A stretch of 64,000 bases of DNA from Azolla caroliniana (GCA_043228905.1 JBHGNT010000011.1:18848001-18912000); one strand, 5' to 3'; positions 37,760 to 50,842 are shown, numbered from the stretch's first letter. Translations and numbers: made by a program. Notes: generated from the letters alone by a model not told the origin.

Positions 37760-38988
37760 CACAAGCGATATTTTGATCTCTTGATTCTCTAGGTTAATAC
37801 ACAATGCATGAATGTATTGATGAGATCGGTGTCAAGTGAGGGCATCCAGAAACTTTGCAATGATGTGGTTGAATACAAAAAGAAACGAATAACATCTAGA
37901 ATTTGAGTGTAACCCAAACTGTGCAAAATGGCCCATGACACCAATATGCATGGAGATTACATTGTGAAGGAAACTTGGATTCCATCATAGGGGGACAAAG
38001 CCTATGATAATGATGATATTTTAACATTATTACAGAGCTAAAATATTACGTGCAACCTAATAAGAGTGCAAAGAGAGAGAGATGTACATTTGGAAGATGT
38101 GGTTGATAATGAATCTCAAAGGTTGTCGGAGTTTGAAGATGTCAAGAGATGGTTATGTATTACCCCAAATTATGGATTTATTTGGGAGAAATTACATGAT
38201 ATACCATTGTTACAAGGATCTTTGCCATTGAAAACCAAATTTGCACCTTGGGTAAATTGGCGTTTACAAGATGGTACACGCTTGTTACAGGTCACTACAA
38301 ATATATTGTATACAGTATCATCATGCGATGGCATCATTATCTTGGTTATCTCCTAAAGCAACGAAGTTGTGGAATGTCTATAAGTCAGATGCAAGGCGGT
38401 GGAAAATATTACAAGGTGGTTGGCATTCTAACCTACCATTTCGTGCAAATGTATTCATATGGAGAGTCATGATTGGTGGGCTCCCATTAAGTTCAGCCTT
38501 ACATAGACAAGGACTAGGGTCAGGCACTTGTTTCTTTTGCACCGTTCCATTGGAGGATAGTACACATAGGTTCATTAAATGTCCTATAGCGTGTACCATT
38601 TGGCAAGTTTAAACCCGTTGTTGTTTGAGACCTCAACAATGGGTTTTTTCTCAATATGTTCAAAATGGATCAAATGATGAGATGGAGATATTGTTCCAAT
38701 TTTTACGTTATTGGGGTCTACAACACAATTGGATATATGCGTAATGGTTTCATGTTTGATAATAGACATGGGGTGAAAGCCTATATAAAGAAGCTTAAAG
38801 GTATTCTCATGTGGAATTTTTGGATGTTAGAGCATGTGGGGAACATTTCCTCAAATGCATATTCAGGTTTTTTAGTACCATTACAGAACGTCCCTCTCCC
38901 TACTTAGGCATATGATAGGTAGAGGACACTAGGAAGTGTTGTAACTAAGTGGATTTTACATACAATTAATATAATTGTGTGCTTTTAT

Positions 38989-39021
<33 letters not shown>
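37760..39021 (+). mobile_element. 5'-truncated L1-like LINE 3' end (zf-RVT region) followed by an (AG)n tail
   Basis: WHSNLPFRANVFIWRV...LP...CFFCTVPLEDSTHRFIKCPIACTIW fits the zf-RVT CxxC...H...C pattern; frameshifted; ends atcaa+(AG)n. 5' boundary approximate. Confidence 0.8.
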
Positions 39022-39025
<4 letters not shown>

Positions 39026-41699
39026 CTTTATATGACGTGGTTTTTATTTTTCTAAAGGAATGCAATGTGATATTACCATCTACTGAATGCTAAAAGGATG
39101 GATGATGCCATAATAACAAGTTACAACCATAATCTAGTATAAACCAATGTCATATTGAAGGTTAAAGAAAATGAAAATAAACTACATATGCGACTCATAG
39201 AGCTTCCCAATACCCTATCACCCAAACATCACATTGCGATTCATGTTTTCTCAAGCAAACATCTTGTGAAAAAAAGTGAACTTTTACAATTGATTGCATG
39301 ATCGATAGATAACAATGTGTAGAGTATTGCTTTGATATTGTCTATTATATATCCCATAAACCAAGGTTGTGATTATAGTATATATGTATTGCACAATATG
39401 GAAGCAATATCATCTCATAGAAAGTATAAATGTAAATGAATAATAATGTAGAGTGTGTTTAGACCATGATCATGACCAACCAATGACAATGCTCGATAAT
39501 GAAGTGATGGGCATGGTCATAGCAAACCATCAACTACTCTTAGTTTATAAAGATACTATAAAGCGAACAAATAGTCGTGTTTCTATTTGTTGCATCGCCT
39601 TTTGATGTTTCCTACAACCTAGTTTAAAGAGTGTAGTATGTAAAAATTCAAAACTAGAGGCAACCATGCTATTTCACATTCTAATCACCCTCCTATTTGT
39701 AGCTTAATGAAGATTGGTCACAATATATTTGGTCTATTGCTTGTTTCCGTCAACTCATTCATCTCCCTAATGGGTTTGTAAAAGGTGATTTGTCACTACG
39801 TTTGAAAAGACAATGCACTACATCGTGCTTTGCACGTGACATATTGTTTATATAAAAGTATCTAAGCACATTCTTAAAATACTTTAAATTTTCTAGCATG
39901 TGTCCATTTTCCATGATTTAGGTCATATCACTATTTCAAATTTAAGAAGTTTTTAATAAGCATTCATAATATTTAAAGGATATTTATAGATTTTGACGAT
40001 ACTGATTTTATCGAACAATCACACAACTACTTACCATAGGTAACACATGTGTGAGCATGTTAGAAGCATATCACATTTATTGCCTAATAATTTAAATTAG
40101 CCCTTCTCATCTATAAACATGAATGTATTCAGGTTTGCACACCCTACAAAACAAACTTCGTTATCGAAACATTGAAATCAAAGGATTAAACGTAATCTCC
40201 TTAGTTATTTCAACTCTTTCTGATAAATCACAACTTAGTTCTCATTCGTTTACATATGGATGGTGATTGAGTTCATCCAACTTTATAACCATGCATGTGC
40301 CCATTGTTGAAATGTATAGAATAATGTAACTATTCTACATCATGAGATAGAGACGAATATTTACAAACCCCAATTCTACTGAATTCACAAAATAGGTAGT
40401 TCTTATATAAATGTACCTTAGACGCATTCATATGGAGAGCAAAGATGATAGAATTCCTCGCATAACTTACGTGCCCACTAAACACCAAAATAAACCTTGG
40501 GAAAATGGGGGGGAAATCCACAACCCTGTATAAGCTTACAATTACATTGAAATATTTCTTACCAATTATAAATGATCATCATGGTCATATAACATAGAAT
40601 GCTGCATTACAATTTATTTCAAGCATCAAGCTATGACTTCATTAATCAATAGCCTCATTGATCTCTTATTATAGAAGATTATGTGTGATGAACAATATCA
40701 CAACAAAATATAACATGGTTCCATTAGTGCATCTACATAGTCTACAAGTTGCAAGTAAGAATTTCTAAGTTTGTAGTACCCTTGCACGAAATACACCAAA
40801 CACAATTTCTCTTCAATTAAACACATTCATTGACTGGTAACGAACAATGCCATGTACATTTTGACCTTGATTTCACTAAAGTCAATGGTTATTTCACATT
40901 CAATATTGCTTTACAATGCACATCCACACATGATGTTGGGTGCAAGTAAGAATAGAGTTTACTAACTAAAATGGACAAGGTAATGTCTACGAGTCTTTGA
41001 GTAGCTTGAGGTATAAGTCAACGATATGTGCCCTTGAACCACATATTTGTTTGGGTTTCTAAAATGTCAATACATTTCTATTAAATTTGGTGAGATCTTG
41101 AATGTTGCATGTACACTTTTGTGATTAGATGTAAAGTTTTTTTGGATGAAACATCAATACATGATTATGAAATCTCACTCCGATGGATTTGTTCTAGTCA
41201 AGTGAAATTCCCTTCTTAACCAATTTGTTTTTCAAATTTGTTCCAAGTATTTTAGAGTTTAGACAAACACTTTATTGCAAATGCAAGTAGTAAATGGCAT
41301 TCATTGTTGAATACAAGCAATAAGTACACATTGCACAATTCACAATTATACACGAAGTGGTCGAGTGGATAGTTTTCAATTTTGCATTTACAATCTCTAA
41401 TACCCAATCAATATTTGCTTTTGTTGAGGTAATAATCTATGTTAAGAGAGACACTAAGATGCATACCAACCCATTGCAAATAACTACATATTAAATAAGA
41501 TTGTGTGTGGGTGTGTAAGAGAGAGTTTACCAAATAGAAAAGGATTAGGATGACAAGAACACTACACAGTAATCAAACTTTAGTCAACAATGTAATTAAC
41601 ACTTTACACAAGAGGGGAGCCTCGACTTATATTGCTCTAGTCTTAGCCCTCTATCTTTTCACTAACGGTTATGAACTTTTGATAAGAACGGTTGCAATA

Positions 41700-42800
41700 A
41701 GACATATCGTTTACATTGAATAAAATGTTCATTCTCTTACATGTGCCAACATTCTTATCGCAAAGGTCATGGCATGACAAGAGAGGTTGTATTTAATATA
41801 GACATGTGTTAGCACACAATGTGAATGGTCGAGCTTGTTACCTCAACACTCACTAGTTGTACTATCTGGTCTTGAGTCTTGACCTCCTAAAATCTATCCT
41901 CAAATTTGTTGCCAAAGAAAATAATTTTAAGGCTCTCACGATTTGTTGTAAAATCAATCATACATAACATTCCTAGGCAAAAGGACAGAATTATTAATAT
42001 ATCCTTATAAATAAAAGTTTCCTAGGTAGGAAATTGCACCCTACTTTATGTCACATCCACTAGTTAGTACTCCATCCTTCCTTTAGGGACTCAAGGTAGT
42101 CTCAAGGGTCATGTGCTTTTTAAAACTCTACCTTCATATAAGAGAGTATGAAGATGTAAATACTAGAGTCCACCCAAAATACGATAGAGCTTATTGCCAA
42201 GGTGCGATGAATTGTTATGCACATAAAGAGTGTAGAATTTTCGGTGGAAATTTCCAATGAGAAATTGCCTCCAAGATACCTTAACCATAGTTCAGCCATG
42301 CATTAGCCTTTCTCAATGAGGTATTGCAATATACATACCCATGGTTGAGTTTGCATTAAACACATGTCACTCAGTAATGACTGTTGACAAGCCATCAAAG
42401 TATGTTGTAATTCAATAGGGCACCACCAACTAATCTCTCGAGAGTTTCCAAATGATTCCAAGAAATCAATATAATTCTCATCATATCCTTTTTCCATCAT
42501 AGCATAATTCGAAGAGTTTACAAAATTGATTGCAATGCCCTCACATTCCAAGGGAGTAGGGTAAAAATATAATATTGTTTATTTTATAATACATTGAAGT
42601 TTTGAACCACTTTAAGTCACACATGAAATGGCCACAATTGAGACTTCCAATACATGAACCTATCCCTTAATTAATTCGCAATCCACTCATTTTTTGGGGG
42701 GTTCACAACATTAATTCCTAATGGATATCCCAAATGTAAAAAGATTGATTGTCAATGTAATTCATCGCAAAAGGAAGTATTTGTGTTTTCTAGATTGTTG
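41700..42800 (-). mobile_element. Decayed LINE RT fragment
   Basis: SFGNSREISWWCPIE resembles the LINE RT motif SRSIRQGCPL; a YRILG (cf. RYLG) remnant lies downstream. Boundaries approximate. Confidence 0.4.
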
Positions 42801-42899
42801 TACTGCCAACAAAAAGAGAGATTGAGATCTTAGTTTAATTGGATGTATCATTTAGGGGTTGTGGAGGTGGCGATGTTGACGTTGACTCTCATAGGCTAA

Positions 42900-43706
42900 T
42901 AACACTTGAAGAGGCTAAATGTTTATTTTCTAATTTTGTCAAATTATGGATTTATTTGGCAAATGTTGTAGAGAATATTATTGCTTTGAGGAGCTTTACC
43001 TATCTTGACAAATGAGAAACCTTGCATGGATTGGTACCTGAATGGTAAAAAAAACATATCTTATTGGTCAATATTAATATATTTTACCATAATTTAGCAA
43101 CATCATTTGGTTGGCTCTCACATAAAGCAGAGAAAGAGTGGAATATATGCAAGTATGATTGTAGGGTGTTCGATCAAAGGTGATTATTTGGAGAATGATA
43201 TTTAGGAATCTACATTTAGGTTCAACTCTAAAGAGAAGAGTATTGGGAAAAACAAATGCTTCTTTTGCACAATTTCGTTGGAAGATAGTCCTTATTGATT
43301 TATTCATGCCCTATTGCATACAAGATATTTGGGAAGTTTTATCTCTCAGTTACTTAATGCCTACACAATGAGTTCGTGTATTTAATAAAATGGCCCAAAT
43401 GTTAAGATGAAGATACTTTTAAACTTTTCAGGTATTGGGGGTAATGCTATAATTGGGATGTGTAACGCTTTTAAGTTTGATGGTAGACATGGAGTAGAAG
43501 CTTATCTAAGGAATCTGAAAGGAATGATAATTTCACAACATTGGATTTTGGAGCATGTGGGAAATCTTTCCTTAGGTGGACCTTCTTCAATTTTGGTGGC
43601 ACTCGAGAATGTCCCACCACCTATGTAGTGAGGGCAATCAACATGTATTCTAATTGTGGTTTTACAGACAATTAGTAGAATTGTTTGTTTCCTTTGAGAG
43701 AGAGAT
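42900..43706 (+). mobile_element. Second, more decayed copy of the LINE family at 37.8-39.0 kb
   Basis: Shared blocks aattatggatttatttgg, tttgat..tagacatgg.gt, ttggat.tt.gagcatgtggg and the 3' end ending in gagagagag; peptides FKFDGRHGVEAYLRNLKG vs FMFDNRHGVKAYIKKLKG. Confidence 0.75.
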
Positions 43707-45214
43707 TTGTCTAAGCACCACAGAAACCAACTTGCTAAGCCTAATCATTGCCTCTTACTGACAACTTGTTCTTGTTGATTCAAGAGGTGCCAATGAGTAA
43801 AACAAGTGATATGCTTCCACAACTTGATATGGCATGCAATAGGCATGGTTTATGGTATGGAGTTCAAATATAATATATTGATTATTGACTCCATTGAAAG
43901 TCTTTGCAAGTATACATTTTGCAATGAATGATTAGTTAAACATTCAACATATTGTCCATCGAAGAAAAATAGAACCATTTTGTACATATCAAAACTAAAT
44001 ATTTATAATTATAAATTATTCTACTAATTATGTGTGTAGATCAATGATCTTAAAAGGCCATATTGTATGCAATTATGTTATTGTTGCGATAATTCCACAC
44101 TCCTTTTACATGTCATCTAAATCTCCAATGTATGAGCATGCATAAATTTAATACACAACCATGGGACATATGACCACATGTAACTTTAGTTCACAAATCT
44201 GGTATCTTCAAACAGTCATGACACATTAATTACCTTCACAACAAACTTCTAGAGTCACTATGTTCTTCATTTGATCAAACGTAAGGCAATAATACTTGCA
44301 TCATTACATTAAAAAAATATGAGGTATTTGAGCAAAAATGCTCCTTTCACATAATAATGTCTTGGCTATTTGGGAATTGTTTTTTTTTTCAAGTATCTCC
44401 AATAACTAGATATAAAGGTGGCAAAAACTTGTGAAATTGTCTTCACATCAGGTGATCAATGTTATGGTTTTTAAAAGAGGACTTTGATATGCTGGTAAAC
44501 AATGTTGCAAGTCTACTTCCAAGTTCAAAGAACTCTCCACCTATATTTCCAAAAGAAACTCACCCCTTCATCAGAAATCACTCCCTATAAAATATAGAGA
44601 TCATAAACCTTAAAGCAATTACCATACCTTTTCCCATCAGCTCTCTTCTTACATATTGTCAATCACCAATGTATAGCATGTTAGCCTCCTCAAAAAAGAT
44701 GAAGACCATAAACTCTTAACAATAATGAACGGGTCCATGTGAAATTCAATATGAAACCAAACTACGACAGCGTCTTTCAAGATTCAATCATGTGATTAAT
44801 CAGCGTATGGTAAATTGCATTCACAAGTATGGAGACTTGATCAGACAACGTAATGTGGCAAGTCTAATCATGAACCTAAAGAAATTTCTAAATCAATGTG
44901 TTCATATGCAATCATTCTTCATTTAACAACCTTATTAGTTTTAGCTTCACCATATCAATTGGGGACTTATATGTGCCCTTCTACAGTCAGGTGTCAATGA
45001 TATTATCTATCAGCATTCTATGTGTTGTGACCATTAATTAACGGGGTTAATATATGGACCTAACTCTGATGTCAATTAATTGTGTCAATATGCACTCATT
45101 TCTCAATTATTTGCTGATATAGATACACTCATTTCAATATATGAGTGTTTTCAAAATGTACACAGCATTTGTTAGTTTTCGGCTTAGACAGATTTATTAA
45201 AGGCTATGACATAA

Positions 45215-47611
45215 CTAAAAAGACTGAAATTTCCTTGCTATTGTTTCCCTTCTCTCAACCCTTGATAAAGCTTGGATTGTATTACGGCAAGAAATACAGA
45301 CCCCATACATGCTTGAATGTGTTTTCTCACGTGAATAAGAGCTCACAAGACCTAGAGCTGATGCTAACCTTTCACAATGTCTACACAAAGAAGATGATCT
45401 ACCTCTAGTAGAGTCAATTATTTTTTCAAGTATGCTATCTATTTGGGCCATAGAAGCTTTCTTTTGTATTTCTTGCCTTGATGTGCTGCCATTATAGGAG
45501 TTTTCAACATCTTCTATTTGGCATTTATGAACACCAACATGGTTATCCACCTTAGGAATCTGCGCCTTCTCGATGGTATGATTATTAACCATAGAAAGAA
45601 GCTTATTGGCAACTTTAACCTCGTTTCCTTTGTGATACATTTCATGAAAACATTGCCTCCCTAAAACTACATGACCATAAGCTTCGCAACCTGATATCAA
45701 AGATGTCCAAGCAGCGGTATCAGGCACAATTGGCATGGCTTGTAATATATCTTTGGCCTCATCTAAGGAACCCACTTTAGAAAGGAGATCGACCATACAA
45801 CCATATTGCTCAATACAGGGTTTGATATTCAAATCCTCAGTCATATAATGGAAGTGATGTTGCCCATCTGCTAATCGGCCAGTGTAACCGCATCCTGACA
45901 ATATGCTCGTGTAGATCACATCCACTGGCCTCGTGCCTTGCTTTTGCATTTCACTTAGACAATCTAAGGCTTGACTGTGCTCCCCACAGTGAGTGTATCC
46001 TCCGATAAGTGTCCCCCATGTTATTATATCTCTATTCACACTAGTGTCGAAAACCCTTCGTGCCTCAGCTAGACATCCACTCTTTGCATACATATCAATT
46101 AAAGAAGTTCCAAGCAAGACATCAGACTCGAGGCTCTCTACCATCAGATTGTGGTGTAATAACATGCCCATGTGAGCGGCCCCTAAGGTGGTACAAGATT
46201 TCAAGGTGCATACAAATGTGGACTTGTCTGATTTCAAACCCTGATGTTGCATTTCCCAAAAAGTCTCGATAGCCAAATCAGGAAAGCCATGGGTGGTATA
46301 CCCTGATATCATTGCACCCCATGATACCGCATTCTTTGTAGGCATATTATCTAACACACATCGAGCTTCTAACAAATACCCTAGTTTAGCATACATGTCT
46401 ACAATGGTGGTTCCAAGAATGAAACCAATATCAAATTCTCTTCTAATGATTTTGTCATGTAACAACTTTCCTTGTTCGACGAACTCGGCCGCCTTACATG
46501 CTCTTAAAGCAGATGAGAATGTTGCTTCATCAGGAACTACACCTTCTTCTTGCATTTGCATGAAATGCCTGAGGGCCAAGCGTGGCTGCTCTTGTCGAAC
46601 AAATCCATCTATAAGAGCACTCCATGAGACCACAGTCTGCACTATCAAAGAGTTAAATACTCCACAGGCCTCTTTAAGACTACCCCACCTGCTATACATA
46701 TGAACAAGAGTATTACCTATTTCCACATCAAAGATGAGATCATGCTTCACAATTTGGTCATGGGCCCTTCTCCCATGCACTGTAGTTCTTACAGAGTCAC
46801 AAGCTTTCAACAGAGCAAGGAAGGTCATCTTGATCGGTTTTACACCATTCTTTTGCATCTCATGGAAAGCTTCAAATGCGTGAGAGGCCTGTCCATGTTG
46901 AGCATATCCAGAGATGATTGCATCCCAGGATACCACATTTTTCCTTGGTAAATGATCGAACACATGCCTTGCCTCCAATAAAGACCCACATTTGGCATAC
47001 AAATCGACAAGGGAGCTCCCTAGCTTAAGGTCTCCCTCCATTCCACATTGACATATGTGGTCATGGATAATCCTACCCTCAGGGAAAGCACCGACGATAG
47101 AGCAAGCCTTTATAATATACAAAAAAGTGACTTTATTTGGCACTATGCCCACGTGCACAGACTTCTGATAGAACTCCAATGCCACATTCAAATGTCCATG
47201 CTGAGCATACCCTCCTATCAGCGCATTCCATGCTGCCACATCATCTCCATTCAATCCATCAAACACTTTTTGCGCATCCAAGAGGCTGTGACACTTCGCA
47301 TACAGGTAAACCAACGAAGACCTAATTCTTGGATCCAATTCAAAACCATTTCTAAGGATAGAATCATGTATATTATGGGCTTTCTCTAAGGACCCAACTC
47401 TCGCACAGACTTTAAGAACGCATAGAAATGTATCCCTACTTGGATTGATCATTCCTTCTTCCTGCATCTCTCTAAAGACAGAAAGTGCTGAAAAGCTATG
47501 GCCCAACTCTGCGTAGAGATTCATGATGGAGGTCCAAGATTCCACTGTGGCGTGGTGAGGAGATTCTCTTATTAATCTGTGGGCCTCTTCCAGGTTCCTC
47601 ATTCTTGCCAT
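45215..47611 (-). CDS. PLS-class pentatricopeptide repeat protein with E domain and a degenerate, truncated DYW-like domain, 798 aa, intronless
   Basis: Repeated PLS motifs (SLVDLYAKCGSLLEARHVFD, VVSWDAIISGYAQHG), E-type segment (YGCMVDLLSKVGSLDEA...AAWTSLISGC), tail LCRHCERLASALGL...VCISC...ERRET. Confidence 0.93.
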   Translation of the reverse strand: MARMRNLEEAHRLIRESPHHATVESWTSIMNLYAELGHSFSALSVFREMQEEGMINPSRDTFLCVLKVCARVGSLEKAHNIHDSILRNGFELDPRIRSSLVYLYAKCHSLLDAQKVFDGLNGDDVAAWNALIGGYAQHGHLNVALEFYQKSVHVGIVPNKVTFLYIIKACSIVGAFPEGRIIHDHICQCGMEGDLKLGSSLVDLYAKCGSLLEARHVFDHLPRKNVVSWDAIISGYAQHGQASHAFEAFHEMQKNGVKPIKMTFLALLKACDSVRTTVHGRRAHDQIVKHDLIFDVEIGNTLVHMYSRWGSLKEACGVFNSLIVQTVVSWSALIDGFVRQEQPRLALRHFMQMQEEGVVPDEATFSSALRACKAAEFVEQGKLLHDKIIRREFDIGFILGTTIVDMYAKLGYLLEARCVLDNMPTKNAVSWGAMISGYTTHGFPDLAIETFWEMQHQGLKSDKSTFVCTLKSCTTLGAAHMGMLLHHNLMVESLESDVLLGTSLIDMYAKSGCLAEARRVFDTSVNRDIITWGTLIGGYTHCGEHSQALDCLSEMQKQGTRPVDVIYTSILSGCGYTGRLADGQHHFHYMTEDLNIKPCIEQYGCMVDLLSKVGSLDEAKDILQAMPIVPDTAAWTSLISGCEAYGHVVLGRQCFHEMYHKGNEVKVANKLLSMVNNHTIEKAQIPKVDNHVGVHKCQIEDVENSYNGSTSRQEIQKKASMAQIDSILEKIIDSTRGRSSSLCRHCERLASALGLVSSYSREKTHSSMYGVCISCRNTIQALSRVERRETIARKFQSF

Positions 47612-47708
47612 TTTATCAAGGATTTTTTATGCTCTGTATATTATCTATGTAATCCATCAGAGAACACATGGGGATCTTTTGAAAACGAAGATCTCAATGA
47701 CGTCTTTT

Positions 47709-47989
47709 GAAATTCGCTAATTACAAATAGAGAAGAAAAAGAAGAGTGATCCACGATATGATCGTCTAGGGATCACTAGATTGAAGGGAAAGAGACAAGG
47801 AGAGAAGACACAGCATGTACTCGATCATACCTTAAAAATCACTGTTGATCTGAGCGAGTCCGACCTGTGTAGAGTCTTTGATAGCTCCAATTGACCGTCC
47901 TTAGGCTCTCCTGCGTCGACGACCCTGCCGCCATACCTACCTTATCGACCCTGCTTAAGCTATACTAATGAACAGAGATGTGACCATGA
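47709..47989 (-). pseudogene. Duplicated, frameshifted copy of the ANTH 5' leader, exon 1 and start of intron 1
   Basis: Aligns by eye to 36604-36907 (e.g. aatcactgttgatctgagcgagtccgacct.tgtagagtctttgatagctccaa). ATG at 47934 now reads [31 protein letters not shown] (stop at 47841-47839); donor AAG|GTATGA is retained. Confidence 0.9.
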
Positions 47990-48016
47990 AGCTCTGGAGC
48001 TTTTAGGGGCAGCTGC

Positions 48017-48081
48017 GTTTGCTTTTGCTTTTGCTTTTGCTTTTGCTTTTGCTTTTGCTTTTGCTTTTGCTTTTGCTTTTG
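48017..48081. repeat. (GCTTTT)n hexanucleotide repeat, about 10 units
   Basis: Directly visible, next to the breakpoint of the duplicated ANTH fragment. Confidence 0.95.
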
Positions 48082-50840
48082 TGTATTGTATGATGTACAT
48101 ACATATATGGCTGCCTAAACCTCTACAGGCTAAGCTCAAGCTTAACTTTTGTCTTCATTCCACACCTGGTCTTTAGTACCAATGCCGATGTCTTCCTGGG
48201 TCGCGCAACATATGTATGGCATGGCAAGTGCCTAACATGGATTACTTAACAAACTAAAGGCAAGGGGTTTGATTAATCATAAATGTATTGGAATATGCAA
48301 GTCTCTCCTTAACACGGGCAAACTTACTAAGTTAGGTTAATTGATGCCAAATATCACATCTAGACACCAACGCCTAAGAGGGTGGGCGAGACATATGAGC
48401 ACATTTATTCATACACTCTCACATGCATCGAAAATAGAAATGGAGAGTTGGGTGAAATCGAAAATGTGACACATCGTCATAAAGTACCAAAAACAAAAGA
48501 ATTTGTCTCTCTATGATGCCTCACATATGAGGATATTAAACATGATGTTCGTGATTTCCTATGCCATTGACTATGTACCTATCAAGATTTCCTAACGAGA
48601 CCGGAATCATTGCTTGCAATTTCTAGCATGCCTTTTTCTTGTCTAGCTTGCAATCACACTCAACGACGACCAAAACTAGGAAATCCAACAATTGGTTGAT
48701 GTGGTCATTTTTTATTCTAATTGTTCTGTTTGCTTTACCATTTAAAAATCGCCAGGCTTATATGGCTCGTGACAAATTACAATTTTTATTTGTTGTGCAT
48801 GTTTCTTCCCAAAATGCATCATTCAGTGGACTTATACGAGTCAGCGCGAGTAGAATTTCTATTCTATAACTATTGTAGGCAACATGAGTAGGAGGGAGTG
48901 ACAATCGTTCCAAAGCCTTCCAATGCTAGAGTTGCCACCAATTAATCTCTACATATGACCTTATTACTCAATCAATATGCTTGATTAAAAGAGGAAGTAA
49001 GACACAAAGGGACAAAACACACTTCAATCAATATGCTTTCATTAGATATCTTAATAGGAAAGTCAAATTGAGATACCATGTAATAGAGTACAAAAAAATG
49101 TGTACGAGTAGAGGAATGCCATAAGCAAGGAATGAAAGAGGTTATGAAGTCCTCATCAAGGTAGATGCCTTGGTTGTAGTGATGAAAACGTAGAGGATGT
49201 GTAAGTGACATAAGGACATCAACAAATGTTAGTTCCATAAAGTCAAAGGGCTTTTGCAAAACTTCTCAAGCAAATTCACGCATATCTTGTTCACAAAATG
49301 TCATGCCATTGGTTGTCTTTGAAGTGGTTAACATGTTATACATTGGTGGTTCACACTATATAAGGAGATAAATAGTCAACATAGTGAATTTCATAAGAAG
49401 GGTTTAGATTTATCTTACATTGTTTTGTAGATGATTATAAATAGACTTCAAGCGTGTGTACAAAGCCGTTCCATGTTTCAAGAAATTATCATGCTTAAAT
49501 TACACTTGATTGGCTCTTGAAGAGTCATTGCTTCTAGAAAGGACTACACTAACAATACTCGTAAGTGGTTTTGGTATATTTTAGAAAGCTTAAAGTTTAT
49601 GACAACTCATTCGCCAATGGATGATTGACATTTCTTACTAAGCCAACTTAAAGTTGCTCATAAGAATCATGCTCCTTGTATAGTGAAACAAAAACAAATC
49701 TCAACATAAAATCAAATGGAATAATGAGAAAGCATTACATTCCATCGAGGTTCAATTACAGTAGAACCTTTTAAACAATACAATATTTAATTGAAACTAT
49801 GTGCTTAAAGCTCGTGGAAGATTGTCATTGGGAATGGGATATCATTTAAGTAAGTGCATTGTGGGAATATAGGGTGTAAGTTAAAAATGTTGGGCATGTT
49901 TCAGCCAAAATAACCACCATAGAAGGGTGTCCTTTTAGCAAACGCCTTCCACCTTATGTAAACACACAACATTAATATTTTTGGCCATCCCATAGTTCTC
50001 TGTCTATGTATAGAGACACTCGAAGCAAAATCAATGGCCAATAATGAAATGGAGGAAATAATTAGATAGACATGAGTTGTGAGTGTAATTGTATAGTGTA
50101 TTAATTTATGTGCATACGCCAATTTAAATATACAGCTAAAAGTGGGGAAGATAGTTTATGTAGCCATGCTTTAAATGCTTTAACAAAGTTGGGACATAGA
50201 ATACGTGAAAAGGAATAAGCATTCTCTACAAATATAGTCCAATTCGCTTTGATCAAATGGGATAAAAAAGCACCAATTTCGAACTAGGATTCTCGAAACA
50301 ATAGACATAATCGAATGGTTTTGGTGTAAAGTATGAATACTTTGAAATCGCTCCTAGTGTGGGCACAGATGAGGCCCCTATAAAAAATGAAACGGAAACA
50401 TGAGTTCAGTCGAAAGACATATGCAGCGAACTCGAAAAGCTTAAGAAATAGGTGTGGAATGATGCATTGTCGACCCCCGACAAATTGAAGAAAGAAAGAA
50501 AGAAAGAAGGAAATATAGGCAGAGAAAGAGCTCAGGAAAGGAGAGAGGAGCAGGGGATGGTGATTGATAAGAGGTTTTAGCCTATTAGGATAGAGAAAAG
50601 CTTCTTTTTCTGCTTTTTGACTTTTTTTCTTTGTGTATAATAAAGGAAGATTGGGGGAGATTGCTTGAGATTGAGGATATCAACTGGGGGGGGGTCCTAC
50701 TGCTACAGTCTACTATACATACATACATACATACATTATAATTTATACATATGTACATACATACTGATACAACATTTGTTACCTATGAGATAGATAGAGA
50801 TGGTTAGTTTTCTTACTTAAAGAGAGAGGGGTGTTGCTCT

Positions 50841-50842
<2 letters not shown>

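Noticed and set aside
45993-47389. Several plus-strand ORFs within the PPR gene
   Set aside because: They are antisense shadows of the PPR coding sequence.
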